A stretch of 62,972 nucleotides of DNA from an uncultured Clostridia bacterium (GTDB lineage Bacteria > Bacillota > Clostridia > Oscillospirales > CAG-272). The DNA is taken from the NCBI GenBank assembly GCA_946404035.1, contig CAMJCC010000001.1, positions 1-62,972 on the forward strand. The letters run 5' to 3'. Position numbers and translations under genes: made by a program. Below are positions 8,137 to 20,044 of the stretch, one piece after another (the stretch's first letter is position 1; each line of letters opens with the position of its first letter). The notes under the pieces are model-generated. The model did not search any database. It saw nothing but the letters and a program-made list of their open reading frames with translations, and was not told the DNA's origin.

Positions 8137-9405
8137 TCATTCTTCCCCGTCGTCCTCGGGCGGATTGACCACGACCGACAGACGGCTGACGCGGTAGTCC
8201 TTGATCTCGGTGACGATGACGCAGAGGTTGCGCCAGGTGAAACTGTCGCCCTCGTGCGGGTCGGCTTCGAGCATTTCGATCGCCCAGCCGCCCATCGTCA
8301 CGTACTCGCTTTCCAGATCGCGGCGGTCCATATCGACGTAGTCGAAGAAGTCGTCGATCGAGACCAGACCGTCGACGTCGTAGGTGTTCTCCCCGGTCTT
8401 GGTGATCTCGCAGGTGATGGTGTCGTTTTCGTCCCAGATGTCCCCGACGATCTGTTCCAGAATGTCCTCCATCGTCACGATGCCCATCGTGCCGCCGTAT
8501 TCGTCCAGCACGACCATCATGTGCGTCTGGCGTCTCTGCATCTCGGAGAGCGCGGCGGGCAGGCGCATGGTCTTGTGCACGAAGCAGGGCTCGAGCAGAA
8601 GATCGGAGAGTTGGATCTGCATCCCCTCCGCCTCGGTCTGCTTCTTATAGAAGTGGTTGACCGAGAGGATCCCGATGATGTGGTCGACCGTTTCACGGTA
8701 GACCGGGATGCGGGAATGCGAGTAGGAGAGGATCTTTTTGAGGTTTTCCTCGTAGGGGTCGTCGATGTCGAGCATATCGACCTTGACCCGGGGGATCAGG
8801 ATGTCCTCGACGGTGGTCTCGGCAAAGCTGATCGCGGATTGGACCAGTTCGCTCTTGTCCTCGTCGATGACGCCCTCCTCCTCCGCCGTTTCGATCATCG
8901 TGGCAAGCTCCTCGTTTGTGACCGAGGGCTTTTTCTTTTTGCGGAACGGAGCGGTCAGGACCTCCACGAACCCGACGATGATCCAGGTCAGCGGACGGAA
9001 CAGGATCATCAGGACCAGGATCGGCACCGAAAGACGGCACGCCGAGACCAAAGCGTAGCGTTTTGCCACGGTCTTCGGGATGATCTCGCCGAAGATCAGA
9101 ACGACCAGGGTCACCGCCGCGCTCGCCACCGTGGCGCCGAGCCCCTGCCCCAGCAGGTTGACGCAGACGACGGTCGCGATGGACGAAAGACCGATATTGA
9201 CGATATTGGTCCCGATCAGAATGGTCGAGAGCGCGACGTTAAAGCCGTCGCTGACTTTCAGGGCGACCTTTGCCGTGCCGCTCTTTTCGGCGCGCTTTTC
9301 CAGCCGCTTGCGGTTGAGGGAGGTAAAGGCGATCTCGGTCGCGGAGAAGAACGCGCAGAACAAGAGGAAGATCGCCGAAACGGTAAAGAAGACAGGCAAA
9401 CTCAT
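8137..9405 (-). CDS. CNNM/CorC-HlyC family membrane protein (DUF21-CBS-CorC_HlyC)
   Basis: Start MSLPVFF at ATG 9405, overlapping the upstream stop as ATGA. TM DUF21-like N-terminus, a CBS pair region and a CorC C-terminal domain. The Arg-rich 43-codon N-terminal extension of the ORF is rejected. Confidence 0.85.
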   Translation of the reverse strand: MSLPVFFTVSAIFLLFCAFFSATEIAFTSLNRKRLEKRAEKSGTAKVALKVSDGFNVALSTILIGTNIVNIGLSSIATVVCVNLLGQGLGATVASAAVTLVVLIFGEIIPKTVAKRYALVSACRLSVPILVLMILFRPLTWIIVGFVEVLTAPFRKKKKPSVTNEELATMIETAEEEGVIDEDKSELVQSAISFAETTVEDILIPRVKVDMLDIDDPYEENLKKILSYSHSRIPVYRETVDHIIGILSVNHFYKKQTEAEGMQIQLSDLLLEPCFVHKTMRLPAALSEMQRRQTHMMVVLDEYGGTMGIVTMEDILEQIVGDIWDENDTITCEITKTGENTYDVDGLVSIDDFFDYVDMDRRDLESEYVTMGGWAIEMLEADPHEGDSFTWRNLCVIVTEIKDYRVSRLSVVVNPPEDDGEE

Positions 9406-10706
9406 TCCTCGCTCGCCTCCTCTCCGTCCTCTTCCATCGGGGGAAGATCCAGTTCGGGGGTGTCGAGTTTGACGGTGACGCGGGCGATGCGTTCGTCGGC
9501 GACCTCGTCGACAGTGAAGTGCAGGTCGCCGCACTCGTATTCCTCGCCCTCCTCGGGGAGGCGTCCCATCCGTTCGAGCAAGAACGTATGTATCCGCTTG
9601 CCGCGGAGCGATTTGTCGCCGTTTTCGTACCCCATCCGGTCGAACAGCGCGCCGAGCGTCAGGTTGCCGCTCGCCTCGAAATAGTTGCCGCCGAGTTTGG
9701 CGAAGTTGGGGTCGAACTTATCGTCCTCGTCGTAGATCTCGCCCACCAGTTCTTCAAGGAAATCTTCGACGGTGACCAGCCCCATGATCTTGCCGCTCTT
9801 GTCGCGGACGATCGCCATACAGCACTTGTTGCGGCTCATCTCGTCGAGCAGATCGTCGATCGGGGCGTCGAGGGGAACGAAGGTCGGTTTGGTCATCAGG
9901 CGGCGCAGATCGGCGCGCCCGGTGGTCATATAGGAGCGCAGGTAGGAGCGCACCAGAAGGATCCCGACCACCCGGTCCTTTTCAAGCACCGGCAGGCGGG
10001 AGTATTTGGTCTTGCGGATCAGATCGAGCAGTTGGTCCTGGGTCATCGAGAGCGTGACGTAGGTCACGTCGTCCCAGAGCGTCAGGACGTCGGCGACGCG
10101 GGTGCCGCCGAACTCGAGCGCGGATTGCAGAAGATCGCTCTGCTCCTCGTCGATGACGCCCTCCTCCTCGCCGGTCTCGATGATCGAGGTGATCTCGTCC
10201 TCGGTCACGGTGGGCTCGGACGAGCCGCCCGAGATCTTGGAAACGAGGGCGGTCAGCCCCGAGAACAGGAGGGTCAGAGGCGTGAGGATCCAGAGCAGGA
10301 AACGCAGAAACGGCGCGAACGCGACGGCGACCGCGTCGTTGTCGTAGTTGGCAAGGGTCTTCGGCGTGATCTCGCCGAACAGGATAACGACGGCGGTGGT
10401 GACGAGGGTCGTGACCGTCGTCTGCACGGCGTTCATCTCGCCGAACTGCTGCAGGGTGAAGACCGTCGCGAGCGACGCGCAGACGGTGTTGACGAGGCAG
10501 TTGCCCACCAGGATCGCCGTCAGGGTCCTATCGAATTTGTCGGAGATCGACATCGCCAGCGCGGCGCGCCGGTTGCCGTTCTCCGCCAGCGTTCTCAGTT
10601 TGATCCGGTTCGCGCCGACGAAGGCGCTCTCCGAAGCCGAGAAAAAGGCGCTGAGGCCGAGCAGAACAAGGCAGCTCAGAAGACACAGCGTACTACTTGG
10701 GTCCAT
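9402..10706 (-). CDS. CNNM/CorC-HlyC family membrane protein (paralog)
   Basis: Same architecture as 8137..9405 (GEITPKTLA, CBS region, C-terminal CorC domain). Follows consensus promoter 10766..10794. Confidence 0.85.
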   Translation of the reverse strand: MDPSSTLCLLSCLVLLGLSAFFSASESAFVGANRIKLRTLAENGNRRAALAMSISDKFDRTLTAILVGNCLVNTVCASLATVFTLQQFGEMNAVQTTVTTLVTTAVVILFGEITPKTLANYDNDAVAVAFAPFLRFLLWILTPLTLLFSGLTALVSKISGGSSEPTVTEDEITSIIETGEEEGVIDEEQSDLLQSALEFGGTRVADVLTLWDDVTYVTLSMTQDQLLDLIRKTKYSRLPVLEKDRVVGILLVRSYLRSYMTTGRADLRRLMTKPTFVPLDAPIDDLLDEMSRNKCCMAIVRDKSGKIMGLVTVEDFLEELVGEIYDEDDKFDPNFAKLGGNYFEASGNLTLGALFDRMGYENGDKSLRGKRIHTFLLERMGRLPEEGEEYECGDLHFTVDEVADERIARVTVKLDTPELDLPPMEEDGEEASEE

Positions 10707-10765
10707 AAAAAGTTAAACCACACTCCTTTATTCGGGGAAAGCGTTAGACTAACGCAGTATAGTTT

Positions 10766-10794
10766 ATTATACACGATAACGGCGTTTCTGTCAA
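10766..10794 (-). promoter_or_regulatory. promoter of the CNNM pair (TTGACA-17-TATAAT)
   Basis: Perfect consensus on the minus strand, 60 nt upstream of ATG 10706. Confidence 0.6.
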
Positions 10795-10925
10795 TCATTT
10801 TCCCGAAGAATGCGGGAAAGCGGGGGATCGGAGGGAAAAAAGCCGCCCGTTCGGCGACGTTTTTGAGCGAAGCGCGGCGCGGGAGGACGAGTTTCGTTTT
10901 TTCAGGGAAAATCAAAGCCACCCCC

Positions 10926-10955
10926 TTGATTTTGCCGGGGACGATATGTTAAAAT
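10926..10955 (+). promoter_or_regulatory. promoter of ftsK (TTGATT-18-TGtTAAAAT)
   Basis: Extended -10 box, with the -10 hexamer ending 32 nt upstream of ATG 10988. Confidence 0.5.
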
Positions 10956-10987
10956 ATTGATATATGATAAAAGGGGGCATAGCGCGG

Positions 10988-14134
<3,147 letters not shown>

Positions 14135-14156
14135 CCGCGCCGGCGAGGTGACCGAT

Positions 14157-14714
14157 ATGATCCTGCTTTTGCTTGCGGACGGTTTTGAAGAGACCGAGGC
14201 GCTGGTGCCGCTTGACTTGCTCCGGCGCGGGAAATGTGACGTGAAGACCGTCGGTATCACCGGGAAAACGGTCTGCGGCGCGCACGGGATCCCCGTGACG
14301 GCGGACCTTGTCCCAAACGACGTGCGCGGCAAGATCGACGCGCTGATCCTGCCGGGCGGGATGCCCGGGACCACCAACCTCGACGCGTCGCCCGACGTGG
14401 ACCGGCTGATCGAAAAAACGCTCTCCGACGGCGGGCGGCTCGCCGCCATCTGCGCCGCGCCCCTGGTCCTCGGACGGCGGGGGCTTCTCACGGGCAAACG
14501 CGCGGTCTGCTTCCCGGGGTTTGAAAGTGAACTGACGGGCGCTGTCAAAACGAACGCACGCGTCGTGACCGACGGCAACGTCACCACCGCCGTGGGGATG
14601 GGCGCCGCGTACGAGTTCGGGCTGGCGCTGCTGTCGCTGCTTGCCGGAAAACGGACGGCGGAGCAGGTGCGCGTCTCCTCCCTGATCCCGCCCACGATCG
14701 CGATCCCCGACTGA
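14157..14714 (+). CDS. DJ-1/PfpI family protein
   Basis: ADGFEETEALVPLDLLRR... and AAICAAP (nucleophile-elbow Cys). ATG 14157 follows a GAGGTGA RBS. The ORF track starts at GTG 14148. Confidence 0.85.
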   Translation: MILLLLADGFEETEALVPLDLLRRGKCDVKTVGITGKTVCGAHGIPVTADLVPNDVRGKIDALILPGGMPGTTNLDASPDVDRLIEKTLSDGGRLAAICAAPLVLGRRGLLTGKRAVCFPGFESELTGAVKTNARVVTDGNVTTAVGMGAAYEFGLALLSLLAGKRTAEQVRVSSLIPPTIAIPD

Positions 14715-14732
14715 AAGAAAAAGAGGTATCCC

Positions 14733-15422
14733 ATGGTTTTGAAACCGAAAGAAACAGAGATCGCCTACCGCTGCCCGGATTGCGGGACCGCCGTGTTCGG
14801 GCTGATGGGCGATTTTATCCCCACGGCGGGGATGCTCCGGCTGAAATGCCCGTGCGGCAAGAGCCGGATGCAGATCATCCCCTCGCCCGACCGGGAAAAG
14901 ATCCGCTTTGACGTGCCCTGCCTGTTCTGCCGGCAGGATCACCATTTTTCGGTCGCCCGCACCGTCGTGTTCGGGGATCGGCTCTTCCTTCTGAACTGCC
15001 CCTACACCAATATGGACATCGGGTTCATCGGGTCGCGGGAGGAGATCGACCGCGCGCTGGAAGAGCAGGAAAAGGAACTCAAAAAACTCGCCGGACTGCT
15101 CGGCGTGGAGCGGCTGCGCGACCTTTCCCCCGACGAGGAGGAGAGCGAGGCGACGCTGCCCGACGCGCACGTGCACGATATCATCCGTTTCATCGTCAAG
15201 GAGATGGAGGCGGACGGCGCGATCACCTGTCCCTGCCACGGCGGGACCTACGAGACCGGGATGACCGAGAACGGGATCCTGGTCTACTGCCCCACGTGCG
15301 GCGCGTCGCATCTGTTCCCCGCGAACAGCGTGTCGGATGCGGAGAGTTTTCTGCATTGTGAGCGTCTGGAACTGACGAACCCCCGCAAAATGCCGGGTGA
15401 CGAGGGGGGTCAGACCCCGTAA
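14733..15422 (+). CDS. hypothetical double zinc-ribbon protein
   Basis: AAGAGGT RBS. Cys pairs CPDC, CPC, CLFC in the N-terminal half and CPC, CPTC in the C-terminal half, joined by an acidic linker. No family recognised. Confidence 0.55.
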   Translation: MVLKPKETEIAYRCPDCGTAVFGLMGDFIPTAGMLRLKCPCGKSRMQIIPSPDREKIRFDVPCLFCRQDHHFSVARTVVFGDRLFLLNCPYTNMDIGFIGSREEIDRALEEQEKELKKLAGLLGVERLRDLSPDEEESEATLPDAHVHDIIRFIVKEMEADGAITCPCHGGTYETGMTENGILVYCPTCGASHLFPANSVSDAESFLHCERLELTNPRKMPGDEGGQTP

Positions 15423-15973
15423 TAGGCGACGATGCCCCGATAAAGCCCCTCCGCGAAGAGGTCCGGGTCCTCGTTCATCTGCGCCGCTTCGCGCGGGTTG
15501 GAGAGGAAACCGATCTCCGAGAGGACGGCGGGCATTTTGGTTTTCCGAAGTACCCAGAGCCCCGGTCGGGCGATCACACCCCGGTCGCGAAATCCGGTCA
15601 GGGCGGCGAGGGACGTCTGGATCGAGCGGGCGATATCCGCCGCGGTCGACGGGATGCGATAGACCAACGCTTCGCAACCGTTTGCAGACGTATCGAGCGA
15701 GGCGTTGGTGTGGATGGAGAGGAACAGGTCCGCGCCCCAGGCGTTCGCCTGGTTGGTCCGGGTCGAAAGACTGGTCGCGTTGCTGGTCCCGAGTTGTGTC
15801 TCGGGGGTCGGGCGCGAGAGCCGCGCCGTGAACGCGGAGTTATCCTGCAAGAGTGCGTAAAGCGCGCGTCCCACGCGGTAGGTGATATCCTGTTCCCGCA
15901 AGCCGTACCACGCGGCGCCGGTGTTGGGGTTCTCCGGGTTGTGTCCCTGATCTATGTAAACTCTGATCGCCAT
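15410..15973 (-). CDS. N-acetylmuramoyl-L-alanine amidase (Amidase_3-like), no signal peptide
   Basis: VYIDQGHN...FLSIHTNA...EIGFLSNP blocks match the zinc amidase_3 fold. The 3' end overlaps the convergent gene 14733..15422 by 13 nt. Confidence 0.78.
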   Translation of the reverse strand: MAIRVYIDQGHNPENPNTGAAWYGLREQDITYRVGRALYALLQDNSAFTARLSRPTPETQLGTSNATSLSTRTNQANAWGADLFLSIHTNASLDTSANGCEALVYRIPSTAADIARSIQTSLAALTGFRDRGVIARPGLWVLRKTKMPAVLSEIGFLSNPREAAQMNEDPDLFAEGLYRGIVAYYGV

Positions 15974-16095
15974 TTTCTTTTGCTTTCCGTTTCGGGAAGC
16001 GTCCTTTCTCGGTTACTCGGGGGCGGCGCGGTCAGCCGCGCCGCCCCCTTTCATTCTATGCGGGCGGGGATCATCCCGTCCGCCGGGAGAAGGTC

Positions 16096-16863
16096 ATGAA
16101 CGAACTGCAACGGATCTTAAGTTTCGTGCGCCGCGCGGTGGACGACTACGGGATGATCGCCGAGGGGGATAAGATCGCCGTCGGGATCTCGGGCGGGAAA
16201 GACAGTCTGACCCTGCTCGCCGCCCTTGCCGCCCTGCGCCGGTTCTACCCCGCCAAATTCGACCTTGTCGGGATCACGGTGGATATGGGGTTCCCTGACG
16301 TGGACCTCTCCCCGATCGCGGAGTTTTGCCGCGCGCTCGACGTGCCGTTTGTCGTGGAGAAGACCGACATCGCAAAGGTGATCTTCGATATCCGGAAAGA
16401 GACCAACCCCTGCTCGCTCTGCGCCAAGATGCGCCGCGGCGCGCTCCACGCCCGCGCGAAAGCCGAGGGGTGCAATAAGGTCGCGCTGGGACACCACTTT
16501 GACGACGCGGTCGAGACCTTTATGCTGAACCTGTTTCACGAGGGACGGCTCGGGTGCTTTTCGCCCGTGACCTACCTCTCGCGCCGGGATCTGACCCTGA
16601 TCCGCCCGCTGCTCTACGCGCAGGAAAAGGACGTGCGGTACTACGTCCGCCACGCCGATCCGCCCCTGCCCGTCATGACCAGCCCCTGCCCGGAGGACGG
16701 CGAGACCGAGCGCGAGACCATGAAGGGTATGCTCCGCGACCTTGAACGCAAGTACCCCGGTCTCCGCCACCGCATCTTCGGCGCGCTCTGCAAGGGCGAG
16801 ATCGACGGGTTCAAGGAGACCGAACGGCTGCCGCTCCAGAAGGACGAGGGGGACGAGGGGTAA
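16096..16863 (+). CDS. TtcA-family PP-loop ATPase (tRNA thiolation-type)
   Basis: PP-loop SGGKDS, CSLCAKMRRG motif and a C-terminal PCPEDGE Cys. GGGAGAAGG RBS. Confidence 0.78.
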   Translation: MNELQRILSFVRRAVDDYGMIAEGDKIAVGISGGKDSLTLLAALAALRRFYPAKFDLVGITVDMGFPDVDLSPIAEFCRALDVPFVVEKTDIAKVIFDIRKETNPCSLCAKMRRGALHARAKAEGCNKVALGHHFDDAVETFMLNLFHEGRLGCFSPVTYLSRRDLTLIRPLLYAQEKDVRYYVRHADPPLPVMTSPCPEDGETERETMKGMLRDLERKYPGLRHRIFGALCKGEIDGFKETERLPLQKDEGDEG

Positions 16864-16919
16864 CGAGGAGAACGCCCGCTTTCTTTCGGAGAAAGCGGGG
16901 TAAAGAACTGTATTGATTG

Positions 16920-16952
16920 GGGAGAGATCGTGCGATCTCTCCCGACTTTTTA
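16920..16952 (+). terminator. terminator downstream of the TtcA-family gene
   Basis: GGGAGAGATCG/CGATCTCTCCC followed by GACTTTTTA. Confidence 0.6.
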
Positions 16953-17022
16953 TCGGCACGGCTCGCTCCGCGCTCCGCCGCGCCTCGGTTCTATAGCCCA
17001 AACAAAACGACCGCTCCACACG

Positions 17023-17066
17023 AAAAAAAACCGCCTGCCGAAAACGGCAGGCGGCGTTCTTTCTTG
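17023..17066. terminator. bidirectional terminator
   Basis: A8-CCGCCTGCCG-aaaa-CGGCAGGCGG followed by a T-rich tract. Confidence 0.7.
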
Positions 17067-17203
17067 TTGTAAAACGGTCAACGGCAGTTCCGTTTTTGAA
17101 ACCGCGCAACGAGGCACGAGTTGCGCTAACTTCATCCCTTGATGAAGTTCTTTGCCGCGCTTTCTTCCAAGAAAGCGCGCGTCCTCCCTCGTACCCCCGT
17201 TCC

Positions 17204-18502
17204 TTAACCGAGCATTTCGGACAGGAGGTTATCGCTGTCGGTCGGGACGACGGGGACGGCGAGGGCTTCGGAGAGTTCGGAGAGGTGCATATCGTCGAGG
17301 AACACGTCCTCCCCGGCGCGGAGCGCCGACGAGGGGATCAGGAGCGCGTCGCCGAGCGGTACGCCCGAGAGTTGGCGCAAAATATCCTGCCCCGTGAGCA
17401 GTCCCGAAACCGTCACCGAATGCCCGAAGAAATCGTTTAGTATCGTGCAGACGTTGACCGTCAGGTTCGGGTACCGTTCCATCGTCATCCGCGCGATCTC
17501 CCGCATCAACCCCTCGGCGGCGACCCCGGTCGCGATGGTGACTGTGCGGGGTGCGGCGGCGGGATCCGCGGCGGGCGCGTCGGCAAGTTCAAAGCGAAAA
17601 TCCTCGAGCGTCGAGCGGATCATCCCCACGCCGTTCTCGAGCTGCGGATAGCCCTCGTAGTAGTCCTCGTCCGGGATGGGCAGTTTCGCGGACAGGTAGA
17701 ACTCGTCCGCGCAGAAGAAAATGCGCGAACCGTGTTTTTGTCGGCACTCCGAGGCGAACGCGTCCACCTGCCGGATGACGGCGGCGCACTCCTCGGCGGT
17801 GAACGGGGTCAGGGGGTACAGCCCGTCGCGGTGATCGGTCAGCCCCGCGGGCACCACCGACACCGAGTTCACGGCGGGCGACAGCGCGGCAAGATCCCGC
17901 ATCGTGCGGTCCAACTCCGCCCCGTCGTTCAAGGTGCGGCAAAGCACGATCTGGCAGTGCAGCTCGATCCCCGCCTCCGCGAGCCGCGGGAGGTAGGACA
18001 GCACCGCCCCCGCGCGCTTGTTCTTCATCATCTCGACGCGCAAGGCGGGGTTGGTCGTATGCACCGACACGTTGATCGGGGAGAACCGCATCTTGATGAT
18101 ACGGTCGATATCCCGGTCGGTCATATTGGTCATCGTGATATAGTTTCCGTGAAGAAACGAGAGCCGCGAGTCGTCGTCCTTGAAGTAGAGCGACTTTCGC
18201 ATCCCTTTCGGCAGTTGGTCGATAAAGCAGAACACGCACTTGTTCCGGCACGCCTGCTTTTCGTCCATCAGCGGGGTCGCAAAGTCCAGCCCGATATCGT
18301 CGTAGGTCCCCTTTTTGACCGTGACCGAATAGGGGTTTCCGTCCCGGAGGAGGGCAAGAACGACGGTTTTGTCGGCAAGATAGAAGCGATAGTCGAGCAC
18401 GTCCCGGATCTCCTCGCCGTTGATCGAACACAGCTCGTCGCCCGGTTGGATCCCCGCGCGCGCGGCGCGGCTGTTCGGTTCGACGACGGTGATTTTGACC
18501 AT
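17204..18502 (-). CDS. PDZ plus DUF512 domain protein (radical-SAM-like)
   Basis: N-terminal PDZ (AGIQPGDELCSINGEEI), a Cys cluster CRNKCVFCF and a long DUF512-type C-terminus. AAGGAGGGG RBS. Confidence 0.75.
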   Translation of the reverse strand: MVKITVVEPNSRAARAGIQPGDELCSINGEEIRDVLDYRFYLADKTVVLALLRDGNPYSVTVKKGTYDDIGLDFATPLMDEKQACRNKCVFCFIDQLPKGMRKSLYFKDDDSRLSFLHGNYITMTNMTDRDIDRIIKMRFSPINVSVHTTNPALRVEMMKNKRAGAVLSYLPRLAEAGIELHCQIVLCRTLNDGAELDRTMRDLAALSPAVNSVSVVPAGLTDHRDGLYPLTPFTAEECAAVIRQVDAFASECRQKHGSRIFFCADEFYLSAKLPIPDEDYYEGYPQLENGVGMIRSTLEDFRFELADAPAADPAAAPRTVTIATGVAAEGLMREIARMTMERYPNLTVNVCTILNDFFGHSVTVSGLLTGQDILRQLSGVPLGDALLIPSSALRAGEDVFLDDMHLSELSEALAVPVVPTDSDNLLSEMLG

Positions 18503-18536
18503 ATCGTTCCCCTCCTTTCGTTTTCGTTTGAAGAGA

Positions 18537-18556
18537 GCGCCGCCCGCGGGCGGCGC
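18537..18556 (-). terminator. GC palindrome between rnfB and the DUF512 gene (weak terminator or processing hairpin)
   Basis: GCGCCGCCCGCGGGCGGCGC with no clear U-run. Confidence 0.3.
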
Positions 18557-18562
18557 TCGGCG

Positions 18563-19441
18563 TCACACCTTCGCCGGTTCGGCGGGCGCGGCGGTCTTTT
18601 CCGGCTCCTGCGCCGGGGTGACGATATAGCGGTGGATCCCCGAGAAGTCGGAGATCATAATGCAACCCGTCGGGCAGTTCTTGGCGCAGGTGTCGCAGTT
18701 GGTGCATTTGGAGTAGTCGATCCGGGCGAGATTGTCGACGACGGTGATCGCCCCGGAGGGACAGTTCTTCTCGCACTTTTTGCACCCGATACAGCCGTGG
18801 GTGCACGCGCGCCGGGTGTCGGCGCCCTTGTCGGTGTTCAAGCAGGTGATAAGCACCCGCTCCACGTCAGGCATCAGGTCGATCAGGTGGTGCGGACAAG
18901 TCCTGGTGCAAATGCCGCACCCGGTACATTTCCGGGTGTCAATGTGGGCGATCCCGTTTTCAATGCAGATCGCGCCGTTGGGGCAGGCCCTGGCGCAGTC
19001 CCCGAGCCCGATGCACCCGACGGGGCAGATCCCCGCCCCGCCGTAGAACAGGTTGGCGGCGGCGCAGGACGAGATGCCCTGGTAATCGGCGCGGCGTTTC
19101 GCCTGGGTACAGTCGCCGCCGCAATGGATGGTGGCGACCTGCTCGATCACGTCGGCGTAGGTGAGCCCGAGCGCGTCGGACAGCTGTTTTGCCACGGCGT
19201 CGGCGCCCGGCACGCAGAGGTTGGAGCGAGTTTCCTCGCCCGAAGCCAGAGCTTTGGCGTAGCCGTCGCACCCGGTATAGCCGCAAGCGCCGCAGTTGGC
19301 GCCGGGCAGACACGCGCGCGCCTTGGTCTCGCGCTCGTCCACCGGGACGTGGAAGTACTTAGCGGCGACGACGAGCAAAACCGAGCAGATAAGCCCGGTC
19401 ACGGCGACGACGCCGACGGCGGTCAGAATAGCGGTCAACAT
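18563..19441 (-). CDS. rnfB: Rnf complex subunit B (polyferredoxin)
   Basis: N-terminal TM helix, CLPGANCGACGYTGC motif and several CxxCxxCxxxCP ferredoxin repeats. Confidence 0.9.
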   Translation of the reverse strand: MLTAILTAVGVVAVTGLICSVLLVVAAKYFHVPVDERETKARACLPGANCGACGYTGCDGYAKALASGEETRSNLCVPGADAVAKQLSDALGLTYADVIEQVATIHCGGDCTQAKRRADYQGISSCAAANLFYGGAGICPVGCIGLGDCARACPNGAICIENGIAHIDTRKCTGCGICTRTCPHHLIDLMPDVERVLITCLNTDKGADTRRACTHGCIGCKKCEKNCPSGAITVVDNLARIDYSKCTNCDTCAKNCPTGCIMISDFSGIHRYIVTPAQEPEKTAAPAEPAKV

Positions 19442-19453
19442 AGCGTCACCCCC

Positions 19454-20044
19454 TTATCCGCCGAAGAGCCCGGTCGCGACCCCGGAGAACCCGAAGAGCG
19501 ACAAGCTGGTGATGGCGGCGGCGATCAGCGTGATGGGAAGTCCCCGGAACGCCTTGGGCGGGTCGGCGTCCTCGAGCCGCGAGCGCACCCCGGAAAAGAG
19601 CACCATCGCAAAGAGGAACCCGACGCCGCATCCCAGCGAACTGACCATCGCCTCCGCGAAGTTGTAGCCGTCGCGGATATTGTTGATGGTCACGCCGAGG
19701 ACGGCGCAGTTGGTGGTGATGAGCGGCAGGTAGATGCCGAGCGAGGCGTGCAGGGCGGGCAGATACTTTTTCAAGACGATCTCAACGAACTGCACCAGCG
19801 CCGCGATCACGAGGATGAAGACGATGGTCTGCAGATAGCCGAGGTTGAAGCGGTCGAGCAGGAAGCGCTGGATCGGCCAGGTCACCGAGGTCGCCAGCAG
19901 CATCACGAACGTGACGGCGACGCCCATACCGGTCGCCTGGTTCAGTTTTTTCGACACGCCGAGGAACGGACAGATACCGAGGAAGCGCGAGAGGACGTAG
20001 TTGTTGACCAGAACCGAGGTCATGATGATCATCAAAAATCTCAT
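19454..20044 (-). CDS. rnfA: Rnf complex subunit A
   Basis: MRFLMIIMTSVLVNNYVLSRFLGICPFLGVSKKL is typical of RnfA. Start overlaps the rnfE stop (ATGA). Confidence 0.9.
   Translation of the reverse strand: MRFLMIIMTSVLVNNYVLSRFLGICPFLGVSKKLNQATGMGVAVTFVMLLATSVTWPIQRFLLDRFNLGYLQTIVFILVIAALVQFVEIVLKKYLPALHASLGIYLPLITTNCAVLGVTINNIRDGYNFAEAMVSSLGCGVGFLFAMVLFSGVRSRLEDADPPKAFRGLPITLIAAAITSLSLFGFSGVATGLFGG

Noticed and set aside
4578-8140. Long minus-strand ORFs (4578..5837, 5281..5889, 6281..8140) across the transglutaminase-like genes.
   Set aside because: Arg/Pro/Gly-dominated translations with no motifs. The plus-strand frames carry lipoboxes, repeats and catalytic triads.
8254-10952. Plus-strand ORFs 8254..9684 and 9519..10952 opposite the CNNM genes.
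   Set aside because: Asp/Arg/Gly-rich antisense artefacts. The minus-strand products have the full DUF21-CBS-CorC architecture.
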